DNA of 64,000 nucleotides, from contig OZ241986.1 in assembly GCA_965204375.1 (NCBI GenBank), positions 5,824,001 to 5,888,000 on the forward strand, read 5' to 3'. Source of the DNA: Candidatus Latescibacterota bacterium. GTDB lineage: Bacteria; Latescibacterota; UBA2968. The notes under the pieces are model-generated. The model had not been told where the DNA came from and did not search any database. It saw nothing but the letters and a program-made list of their open reading frames with translations. Position numbers and translations under genes: made by a program. Shown here in pieces: positions 1 to 8,727 of this stretch (positions are counted from its first letter, which is position 1; each line of letters opens with the position of its first letter).

Positions 1-227
1 CGACCAACCTGTTGGAACGACTCAATCGAGAGATCAAAAGACGAGCTGATGTGGTACAGATCTTCCCCAATCAGGAGGCTTGTCAACGCCTGATCGGCGC
101 GTTGTGTATGGAATGGTCTGAAGAGTGGGTCACTGGCAGACGCTATCTGGATATGAGGTACTTGAAATAAAATCTCTGACCCCTATTTCACGGGGCTTCC
201 TTTTTACAGAACTTTTCGGACTTGACC
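1..227 (+). mobile_element. IS256-family insertion sequence, right end: transposase C-terminus at 3-170 and terminal inverted repeat ending at about 227
   Basis: Frame 3 reads TNLLERLNREIKRRADVVQIFPNQEACQRLIGALCMEWSEEW...YLK*, the typical IS256 transposase C-terminus. It is followed by ttttacagaacttttcggacttgacc, an IS256-like end. Confidence 0.9.
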
Positions 228-243
228 TCTCACCACTGCATTT

Positions 244-657
244 GTGAGTTGTACACAATTGCCTGTTCGTGAAGATATTATTTTCAGACAGGACATGGTG
301 TCTTATAGAGGGGGAGGAGGAAGAGGTGGTGGGTCAAAGCCTTCAAGTTCCAACGCTGGACGGGTTGGACAGGTAGTTGGAACAGGTACCTATGAGGCTA
401 ACGACGGAGGTATTACTCGAAGTACGGTGCAAACGATGGAAGCAGCTGTCTTGACAAATCCGTCTGGGCGAGATCCCAACGAGACAAATTGGTTGGTAGA
501 GTTACAGGGTAATATTAATGATCTCGAACAAAGTTGGAATAATTTCGTAAGTGACGTACAAAATATACCCGATGCATTGGGAGATGCTGTAAGTGAAGGT
601 TTAGAAGATGGCGTGAATTATATGATCACTGGCATGTCGCTTATGGGGCGGCGGTAG
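244..657 (+). CDS. Small Gly-rich protein, probably 5'-truncated by IS256; candidate double-glycine precursor or secreted substrate
   Basis: The frame stays open upstream to the IS boundary (LTTAFVSC...). It contains DMVSYRGG followed by a Gly/Ser-rich segment and lies upstream of a C39 transporter cluster. Confidence 0.5.
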   Translation: MSCTQLPVREDIIFRQDMVSYRGGGGRGGGSKPSSSNAGRVGQVVGTGTYEANDGGITRSTVQTMEAAVLTNPSGRDPNETNWLVELQGNINDLEQSWNNFVSDVQNIPDALGDAVSEGLEDGVNYMITGMSLMGRR

Positions 658-757
658 TGGTATTGCAGTGCCCTGCGGCCGCTACTCACTTTTGCACTCA
701 GAGAACCTGGGAACGCCTGGGTGGTCTTCCATAGAATTGCATAGTCAATTCTTAATT

Positions 758-792
758 GCCAGCCTGTCAGAGTAACGACAGGCTGGCGTTTT
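758..792 (+). terminator. Intrinsic terminator
   Basis: Perfect 11-bp stem GCCAGCCTGTC / GACAGGCTGGC followed by GTTTT. Confidence 0.7.
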
Positions 793-816
793 CGAGATTC
801 ATGAGGTATGTAAAAA

Positions 817-1800
817 ATGAAAAAAATAAGACTTATAGCGATTTTGGCCATAGGTGTTCTGTTCTTTTTCAATTCCTTAAACATTTTCTCCGCTCCAGTA
901 TCTGAGAATTCAGATTCTATCAGACAATTATTGACAAAACCATACCAGATCAAACAATTATTGAGCAACTCAGACCGGCTATTCAAGTCAGGCGACTATG
1001 ACGGAGCCATCAGTGGGTATAAAAAAGTGATTGCACTTGATTCCCTCAGCTTTCATGCGTGGTATAATCAAGGGAGGGCTTCTGTTGCTATTCAGAACGA
1101 TGAACAAGCACTTGCGTGTTTCACAAAAGCTGTAACAATTGACCCCGAAAACGTAGCGGCACTTAATGGAAGAGGTACTGCTTATTTTAATTTGCAACTC
1201 TATCAAAATGCCATCGAAGATTTTAAGAGGTGTATTGCATTAGATGGTCAATTCTATGGCGCACATTATATGTTAGGCCGTGTTTGGGGCCGCCTTGAGA
1301 ATTTCAAACAGGCTCTTATTAGCTATCAATTTGCCGCGAGAATAAATGCCGAACCACAAGAACTGTGGTACAATATTGGCTGGGTTCTTTCTTATCTGGG
1401 CAGATACAAAGATGCGATTGAGCAATTTGATAAAGCTATACATCTCAATCCTCTATATGAGAAATACGAGCCTGATGATATTTGGTTTGGAAAAGGCTAT
1501 GCGCTGCATGGATTAAAGCAATTTGCCGAAGCTGAAATCTGCTATATGAAAGTACTCGAATTAAATAAAAACCAGATCAATGAAAATCGAGCGGCATCGT
1601 ATTACAATTTGTCCTGCATTTATTCTCTCCAAAAATTATGGGAGCAGTCCTTTGCGTCGTTAAAGCAATCTTTGGAAATTGATCCAAACTATGCTTCAGA
1701 TGTTCAGAGCGATGAAGATTTGGAAGGTTTGGTCACCCACCCTATCTACAGCAGTAAAGTCAAAGATCTCGTTGCAAAACATTCTGAAATAAAAGAATAG
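817..1800 (+). CDS. Secreted tetratricopeptide repeat protein
   Basis: N-terminal signal peptide, repeated TPR motifs (AWYNQG, ALNGRG, LWYNIG) and a C-terminal YYNLSC..DEDL cap. Confidence 0.9.
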   Translation: MKKIRLIAILAIGVLFFFNSLNIFSAPVSENSDSIRQLLTKPYQIKQLLSNSDRLFKSGDYDGAISGYKKVIALDSLSFHAWYNQGRASVAIQNDEQALACFTKAVTIDPENVAALNGRGTAYFNLQLYQNAIEDFKRCIALDGQFYGAHYMLGRVWGRLENFKQALISYQFAARINAEPQELWYNIGWVLSYLGRYKDAIEQFDKAIHLNPLYEKYEPDDIWFGKGYALHGLKQFAEAEICYMKVLELNKNQINENRAASYYNLSCIYSLQKLWEQSFASLKQSLEIDPNYASDVQSDEDLEGLVTHPIYSSKVKDLVAKHSEIKE

Positions 1801-1811
1801 GAAGTTAAAAT

Positions 1812-2501
1812 TTGGGTAAAGTAATTGATTATTTGATTTTTGCCGTGATGGCCGGGTTAGCCGTGAGTATGGGGTATAGTGCGTTTTACGAGCAATTTCT
1901 CATTTTAACGCCTGAGAGGCAAGTTTTTGTTACCCTATCTTACGCGGTTATTTATAGTGGGATCTATGTCGCAACGCGTCTTGTGACTAAAGATGAGCGT
2001 TTTGAAGGGATGATGCTTAAACCTAAAACAACATTGCAGAGGGCTGTTCAAGGCGGGGATCACATATTTTCTATCAAGACATTCTGCATAATGGTTCTGC
2101 TATCTGGTATCTGGCTAGATGGATCGTTAAGATATATTGATGAGTTTGATTGGGAGGGTGCTCCCTGGTTGCTATTTAGATTCCTTCTGGATAATTTAAT
2201 AGATTTGGGTATCTTTTGGGCATTTCTGTCTGTGTTTATCTATGTAATTTTTAAGTTCTTTCGAGATATCCAGTTTAGCATAATTTTCAGATTATGTGGA
2301 TATGTCTTTATTCATTTTATTTTTTTCTTTGTTTTAATTAATGCAACGCTTATTTGGCCTCAAGAGGGGTCTATTTTTTTAGCTGCTCTTACTTTATTGG
2401 TGCCCCTTGATCTTTGGCTACTTTTTATTTTACTGCAATTCATCTGGTCGTCAGTTTTGATATTGTGGAGTCTGTTTCAACCATTTAAGCGCATGGAATA
2501 A
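1812..2501 (+). CDS. Multi-pass membrane protein of unknown function
   Basis: About six hydrophobic segments; tight operon-like spacing with neighbours. Confidence 0.7.
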   Translation: MGKVIDYLIFAVMAGLAVSMGYSAFYEQFLILTPERQVFVTLSYAVIYSGIYVATRLVTKDERFEGMMLKPKTTLQRAVQGGDHIFSIKTFCIMVLLSGIWLDGSLRYIDEFDWEGAPWLLFRFLLDNLIDLGIFWAFLSVFIYVIFKFFRDIQFSIIFRLCGYVFIHFIFFFVLINATLIWPQEGSIFLAALTLLVPLDLWLLFILLQFIWSSVLILWSLFQPFKRME

Positions 2502-2503
2502 CA

Positions 2504-3091
2504 ATGGAACAATTATTTTTGATTATTTTGGTGCTCATCATTGTGGTGGGTCCCATCTATCTGATTTTCTATATTCGCCAGAAAAATCGGCGATGCCGAT
2601 ACTGTTTGGTTGGGACAAAGAAGGTGCCGGAGTTGCCAGAACAGGAGGAGATTAATCGTCTCATAGAAAATGAGAAGATGCCGGGAACACCAGGCCATTA
2701 TGAGTTATGTCCGAAGTGCAAAAGGCTATATGATTGGAGATGGTTTGACGATGAACGCGTACACAGACGGGACGGAGATATGCTCGATAGACAGTGCGCT
2801 TGTGGGTTCAATTTGAAATCCCTGTGGGGTATAAAGCCAGAGATTTCTAAAGAGGCATTGCGCGCGATTCCCCTGGAAACGCTCAATGCATTATATCAAA
2901 AGTATGGAAAATCAAGGTTGAATGAGAAGCTCTACGATCCTCTTGACGATGACAATATTCTTTTTTTGTGCTCACAATGCAGAAGGATTTATATGTGGCA
3001 GGCTGTAGATGGCTATCAAGTGCTACAGTGCATTTCTCAAGGTCATTCAAAATATGATCCAGATCCGTTTGTAAATCGTTCTGACTCTTGA
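2504..3091 (+). CDS. Membrane-anchored Cys-rich (putative Zn-ribbon) protein, paralog 1
   Basis: N-terminal TM helix; CRYC, CPKC, CAC and CSQC motifs. Confidence 0.75.
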   Translation: MEQLFLIILVLIIVVGPIYLIFYIRQKNRRCRYCLVGTKKVPELPEQEEINRLIENEKMPGTPGHYELCPKCKRLYDWRWFDDERVHRRDGDMLDRQCACGFNLKSLWGIKPEISKEALRAIPLETLNALYQKYGKSRLNEKLYDPLDDDNILFLCSQCRRIYMWQAVDGYQVLQCISQGHSKYDPDPFVNRSDS

Positions 3092-3137
3092 TTTGATGAT
3101 AAACAAAAATTGCGGATATTTGTTGATACCTTAAGGA

Positions 3138-3716
3138 TTGAGTGAAGTTATGGAATTTTATTGGATATTTTCAGGTGTTCTCATTCTGTGTTTTATATGG
3201 TTGTTCAAATTTCTGAGGAAGACGAGTAAAAGATGCTCTGTCTGCCGTGAGAGCGTTTTGTCCCTTGATACGCTTGAAGAGAGCCGACGTGACGCTATTG
3301 TGAATATTCTTGAGCAAGAGGGCGTCAGCTTACATCAATTAGAAATTTGTCCTAAATGCAACAGGATTTACGATGAAGGATGGCTGTTACAAGATTGGGA
3401 TATGAGTAACCGATATTGTGAATGTGGTGATGTTCTCGAAACACCCTATGATATAGATCCGCCGATTCTGAAAAAAATTATGACGGGCTTACCGCCTGAA
3501 ATTGTCCAATCTCTGGTCAAAGAAACAAGCCGAGAGGATGTCGCCAAGCTCCTCGGTGGATATCAAGATATTCTTTATCGACATGATAGACTTCCAGAAG
3601 GACACGCGCTACGCGTTTGTGACCGATGTTTCAGGGTCTATATGTGGGTACAAAAAGGCGATGTGCAGCTATTCAAATGTGTACATCGAAATGTTCAATT
3701 GAAGGAATCGCAATAA
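3138..3716 (+). CDS. Membrane-anchored Cys-rich (putative Zn-ribbon) protein, paralog 2
   Basis: N-terminal TM helix; CSVC, CPKCNRIYD, CEC and CDRCFRVYMW are colinear with the preceding gene. Confidence 0.75.
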   Translation: MSEVMEFYWIFSGVLILCFIWLFKFLRKTSKRCSVCRESVLSLDTLEESRRDAIVNILEQEGVSLHQLEICPKCNRIYDEGWLLQDWDMSNRYCECGDVLETPYDIDPPILKKIMTGLPPEIVQSLVKETSREDVAKLLGGYQDILYRHDRLPEGHALRVCDRCFRVYMWVQKGDVQLFKCVHRNVQLKESQ

Positions 3717-3728
3717 CATCTCGCTTTT

Positions 3729-4298
3729 ATGAATCTCGATCAGGTAAATTGCCCTAATTTCAGATGGATAACGCAGGTCAAACTCAATGCGTGGGCAGTT
3801 GCCCTCATTTCTCTATGCGTCGCGGTCATTAGTGGGATTATGAGTGGGGCTTTAATGCTCCTGCTTCCGTACGGCGATCCAGAGATTCTTGTAGGAGATT
3901 TGAAGGTCTATATCATCCTTTTGCCTGTCCCCATCTTTCTGGTTCGAGATTTCTTGAAAATTATCGCGTTTTTGTTATTTGGCAATACGAGATTGAATCG
4001 CATCATATTTGCATATCCATTTGCGGGAAGTGGAATTTTTAGTCGCCCCAATCACCTGTTGCGTATCAATGCGTACAAATCTTGTTTAATTTTTTCCACC
4101 GTCATTACCGTTGTGATCGCATGCTTGAGTTTGTTGATATATCCATCCTTGTGGACGGTTTTTCTCGTGGGAATGACAATTGGATGGTCTGTTGGCGACG
4201 TATGGGTGCTTTATAGATTGAAAGATATGAAATCAGAATATTTCGTAAGGGTTTGGGCTTCTGAAATTGGTTGTGATATCTACCAGAAGCACAGATAA
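3729..4298 (+). CDS. DUF3267-like membrane protein (zincin-like fold, HExxH not retained)
   Basis: TM pattern and C-terminal GDxWVLYRL segment resemble DUF3267; RDFLK sits where HExxH is expected. Confidence 0.5.
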   Translation: MNLDQVNCPNFRWITQVKLNAWAVALISLCVAVISGIMSGALMLLLPYGDPEILVGDLKVYIILLPVPIFLVRDFLKIIAFLLFGNTRLNRIIFAYPFAGSGIFSRPNHLLRINAYKSCLIFSTVITVVIACLSLLIYPSLWTVFLVGMTIGWSVGDVWVLYRLKDMKSEYFVRVWASEIGCDIYQKHR

Positions 4299-4305
4299 GA
4301 TTTCG

Positions 4306-6141
4306 ATGAATATAGATCAGATATTTCAAGAATTGGACATAAAAGGCGAATTGGTACCGGTTGACCTGGGAACGGTGGTTTTTAATCAGGGCCAACCTGG
4401 AGATCACCTGTATGTTGTCAAGTCAGGCCGTTTGCGGGTGTTAAAAGAAGAAGCTGAGGGACAGTCAGAAACCGTAGGGTATCTGTATGAAGGCGACCAT
4501 TTCGGTGAGGGTGCGCTGTTGACTGGCCAGGGGCATCGGGCGACGGTGCGAGCAGCCGAAGATTCCGAAGTGCTTCGCATCAAGTCAGAAGATTTTCAAA
4601 GAGCATTAAAGAATGATCCCGAACTCAAGGCGTATTTTGAAGATCAGGTTGCGCATGTTGCGTATTGGAATTTTACGCGGTTTTTGAAGGGTGGAAGCGA
4701 TCAGGTGTTCGCAGAGGCGATGCAGCACCTGTTCGGTAATCTAAAACGACAGGCGTATCAATCTGGTGAAACGGTGGTTAAACGTGGCGATGTGGGTAGC
4801 GGACTTTATCTGGTCGGTGGAGGCGAATTGGAGGCGGTTGGGCAGGATGGAGAAACAACAGTTCTGAAATCTGGCGATTTTTTTGGCGATCAGGCATTGA
4901 TAGATGGCATAGTGGAACCCTTTACGATAGGTGCCCGAGGTTCTTGTGTTCTGTTTCAATTAGGTAAAAGTGATTTTTATAAAGTTATAGGTTTAATTCC
5001 GGCGTTGAAATCGGGACTCGAAGCCGGGCGTTGTGTTCAGAAAGTGGAAGCAGAAGACAATGCGCCACAGGCGGAATCGACAAATGGGATTCCCGAAAAT
5101 GTGCATCTGCTTGATCAGGTGCCTGAAGTAGAATCGCAGGAGCGACGTCCGCCCCGATCTCTTCAATTTCCGTTTTTGAAACAGCATGATCAATCGGATT
5201 GTGGGGCGGCATGTTTGGGCATGGTCTGTAAGTATTACAAGATGCCCATTGGATTGAACAGGTTGCGCGATATGGCCAATGTGTCGCGGTATGGCACGTC
5301 AATGGCTGCGCTGGCTGAAGCGGCAGAGACATTGGGGTTTCTGACGCGGGGCGTGCGAACGGGATATGAGAAACTGATGCATACGGAACTGCCAGCCATT
5401 TTGCACTGGAAAGGCAATCATTTTGTGGTGTTGTTCAAAACCGCAAAAGACCAGGTGCGAATTGCCGATCCTGCAGTGGGAGTTCGCAAGTTATCTCGCA
5501 AGGAATTTGAGGCCGGGTGGACAGGCGTGGCTTTGCTCATAGAATACACGGATCAAGTCGCTGAAAATGAGCCTTCTCGCACGACTTTTCGCCGTTTTAT
5601 TCCGTATGTCAAACCGTATATCCGCAGTTTGTGTGAGATTTTTTTGGCCTCATTGGTGATGAGTCTTTTTGGTTTGGCGTCACCGCTTTTTACTCAGACC
5701 ATTGTGGATCAGGTGCTGGTGCATCACGATCGGGATTTGTTGAATTTGATGCTTGCAGGGATGATTGTCATCGCATTGTTCCAGATGCTTGTTTCAGCTC
5801 TGCGGACGTATCTTGTCACCTATATGAGTACGCGGTTGAGTATGACGCTGCTCTCTCGGTTTTACCAGCATTTGCTATCGTTGCCGATGCGGTTTTTCGC
5901 TTTGCGAAAGACGGGTGACTTGACAACGCGTTTTGGAGAAAATGCCACGATTCAAGCTTTGCTGACCGGCACGGTTGTCTCGCTCATTCTCGATGTGATC
6001 GTGCTGTTCGTTTATTTGAGCTTAATGATCTATTACCATCTCCAATTGACACTGGTGGTTCTGGCCTTTATACCGCTTTCCATCATTTTGACACTGGTCT
6101 ATACCCCCATTCTCAAATGGAATCGTGCTTTCGGGCGTTGA
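4306..6141 (+). pseudogene. Peptidase-containing ABC transporter (PCAT), N-terminal part: two cNMP-binding domains, C39 peptidase and a truncated TM domain
   Basis: cNMP motifs (GDHFGEGALL, GDFFGDQAL); C39 motifs QHDQSDCGAACL, HW..NHFVV and IADPA. The TM domain stops after about four helices and the frame is lost near 6120. Confidence 0.85.
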
Positions 6142-7927
6142 GGGGCGGATTGTATTTGAGAAGGTGTTTTTCCGATACGGCTCAGGGTCTGATGAGCCTT
6201 ATGTGTTGAGTGATATTAGTTTGAAGACAGAACCTGGGCAAAAGGTGGCCATTGTGGGGCGCAGCGGGGCGGGCAAAACAACGCTGGTGAAGTTGATTCC
6301 CCGATTTTTCGATCCCACGGAAGGGCGCGTGACCATAGATGGGATGGATGTGCGGGACTTTGATCCGAGCTGGTTGCGGCAGCAGGTCGGCATGATCTTG
6401 CAGGAGTCGGTGCTTTTCAGTGGTACTATCGCCGAGAATATCGCGTTAGGGCAGGAGGATGTGGATATGGATCGAATTCTGGAAGTGGCGCGGTTGGCGT
6501 GCGTACACGAATTTGTCGGTGATATGCCTTTGGGGTACGAGACGAAGGTGGGGGAACAGGGCATGGGGCTTTCGGGCGGACAGCAGCAGCGCATTGCGAT
6601 AGCCCGTGCGCTGTATCACGATCCAAAAATCCTGATTTTTGATGAGGCGACCAATGCTCTGGATACAGAGTCAGAGCAGGCGATTCAGGAGAATCTGGAG
6701 ATTATTTTGAAGGATCGGACAGCGTATGTGATCGCGCATCGGTTGAGTACGGTACAAAATGCCGAGGTGCCTCTGGGAAAGGTTAAAACCGTACAGGCAG
6801 CACGCGCTGGAGAGATTGAGCTTATTGGGATCAAGGCGGGAGACCGGGTTAAAAAGAAACAGGTTTTGTTCAAGTTGCGCTCGTGGGAAACCTGGCATGA
6901 ATTGCGTGAACTCGAGCAGGCGAAAATTGCGCTTCAGAAGGCGAAATACGATTTGGAAGTGGCATTGCCCCAGAAACGGGCGTTGACAACAGAGACGGTG
7001 GCAGCACTAAAAGAGCGGTTGCAACTATCACAGATGTTTGTTGCGACGCATCGGGATGTATTGGATGCGTATCAAACGGAGATGGGTGTGCAGAATGCGC
7101 GAAATGATAGCGGAAAAGATGCGGATTTGAAGGCGCGCATCAATTTGCGCCAGGCAGAAGTTGCACATATCAAAGCGCAGTATGAACGTCAAAAGGCGTT
7201 GTTTGATCGCAGTTTGATCAGCCAGGCAGATATGGAAAGGGCGCGGATGGCATATCTCAATGCGCTGGCGCAATTGCCTGGCCGGATGTCCGAAATTTAT
7301 CAGCAAGAAATGGCGGTTCAGGATATCAAGCGTCAGATTCTGGAAGCGCGATTATCGCAAGACCGCGAAGCATCTCAGGCAAAATACGCTTATGATTCTG
7401 CTCGCTTGCGCCTGCAACAGGCGCAACAGAAGGTGACACGCGCTCTGGATGCAGAATCGGATCTCATTCTGGCACCAGAAGCTGGAATCGTAACCCAGGT
7501 GCTGGTGAATACAGAAAGACAGGTGATCAGCAAGGGGCAATCGCTGGCTATGATCGCACCGGAAACCGCGCCGATAGTGGCCGAAGTGATGATTCTGAAC
7601 AAGGATGTGGGGTTGATGAAACCCGGTCAGGTTGTGCGATTGAAATATGACGCTTTTGCATTTCAGGATTACGGCATTAAAAGGGGCTGGCTATCAGAGA
7701 TTGCTCCAGATGCTGTTATGGATGAGATGCTGGGGCCTGTTTTCCGAGGGATTGTTGATCTTGAAGAGACCGCGATACGGGTCAAGGACGATGAAAAACC
7801 TCTGATGTTCGGCATGAAAGGCGTGGCCGAAGTGGTGACGGATCGGCAATCGGTTCTCATGTTGCTGCTCAGTCCTTTGCGCAAGCTCTACGAATCTGCA
7901 ACGTTTACAAATGGGGAGGAAACATAG
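6125..7927 (+). CDS. ABC ATPase domain fused in frame to an HlyD membrane-fusion protein lacking its anchor (probable deletion product)
   Basis: Walker A GRSGAGKT, LSGGQQQR, DEAT, then AHRLSTVQNA running straight into HlyD sequence (VPLGKVKTVQA...KYDAFAFQDYG...GMKGVAEV). Confidence 0.8.
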   Translation: MLSGVEGRIVFEKVFFRYGSGSDEPYVLSDISLKTEPGQKVAIVGRSGAGKTTLVKLIPRFFDPTEGRVTIDGMDVRDFDPSWLRQQVGMILQESVLFSGTIAENIALGQEDVDMDRILEVARLACVHEFVGDMPLGYETKVGEQGMGLSGGQQQRIAIARALYHDPKILIFDEATNALDTESEQAIQENLEIILKDRTAYVIAHRLSTVQNAEVPLGKVKTVQAARAGEIELIGIKAGDRVKKKQVLFKLRSWETWHELRELEQAKIALQKAKYDLEVALPQKRALTTETVAALKERLQLSQMFVATHRDVLDAYQTEMGVQNARNDSGKDADLKARINLRQAEVAHIKAQYERQKALFDRSLISQADMERARMAYLNALAQLPGRMSEIYQQEMAVQDIKRQILEARLSQDREASQAKYAYDSARLRLQQAQQKVTRALDAESDLILAPEAGIVTQVLVNTERQVISKGQSLAMIAPETAPIVAEVMILNKDVGLMKPGQVVRLKYDAFAFQDYGIKRGWLSEIAPDAVMDEMLGPVFRGIVDLEETAIRVKDDEKPLMFGMKGVAEVVTDRQSVLMLLLSPLRKLYESATFTNGEET

Positions 7928-8713
7928 GTGTCTGCTTCTGAAGACCCTGTGATGGTTGTTGTAAACGAACAATCGGTTCACCTTTCAGATATGATTCGGT
8001 CGCTGTCTGTAGAGGGCAATTGGAAATTGTTAGAGCGTTTTGCCCGAAGACAGGTGATCATCCAGTGGGCTGATCGAGAAGGCATTGAACTGAGTCCTGA
8101 AGACCTGCAAAATGAGGTAGATGAGTGGCGCTATGAGAACCGATTGGAACGGGTAGAAGATACAGATGCGTGGCTTGACCAACACGGCCTCACGTTATTT
8201 GATGTGGTCGTAGAGGCTGAATTTCGGTTGTATGAACGCTGGTTGATGTCGCGGATTAAAGAGGATAAAATCCGGGCTTTTTTTGTTCAGCGTACCCTGA
8301 GTTTTGAGCGCGTGGAGGTGTGCTGGATTTCTGTGTCAGATGAGGGCGTGGCTGAAGAATTGTGTTTGCAAGTCGTGGAAGAAGGCGCGGATTTTTATAT
8401 TCTGGCGCGGCAGTATTCGCAAGATGAAGCCACGCGGTCTGCTGGCGGGTATCTTGGACGGCGGCGCAGGCGCGATTTGCCGCAAGGGGTCGCGCCTTTG
8501 ATTTTTGCCGCATCGGAAGGCGATGTTGTTGGTCCCGTGAAAGTTGAAAAGGGGTATGCGCTGTATTATGTGCAGAAACGATGTCCAGCAGTATTTGATG
8601 AGACCACTTGTGAAAAGATTCGAAAAAAACTGTTTGAGTCCTATTTACAGCGCGAAATGAAACGCGCTGAGATCACTTTTCCGTTTAATGTAAAAAGGCT
8701 GGCTCTGGAATGA
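7928..8713 (+). CDS. PpiC/rotamase-type peptidyl-prolyl isomerase associated with peptide export
   Basis: FYILARQYSQD...GGYLG...GDVVGPVK parvulin motif; typical partner of HetC-like PCAT/HlyD clusters. Confidence 0.85.
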   Translation: MSASEDPVMVVVNEQSVHLSDMIRSLSVEGNWKLLERFARRQVIIQWADREGIELSPEDLQNEVDEWRYENRLERVEDTDAWLDQHGLTLFDVVVEAEFRLYERWLMSRIKEDKIRAFFVQRTLSFERVEVCWISVSDEGVAEELCLQVVEEGADFYILARQYSQDEATRSAGGYLGRRRRRDLPQGVAPLIFAASEGDVVGPVKVEKGYALYYVQKRCPAVFDETTCEKIRKKLFESYLQREMKRAEITFPFNVKRLALE

Positions 8714-8727
8714 TGAGTGGTTGCTTT

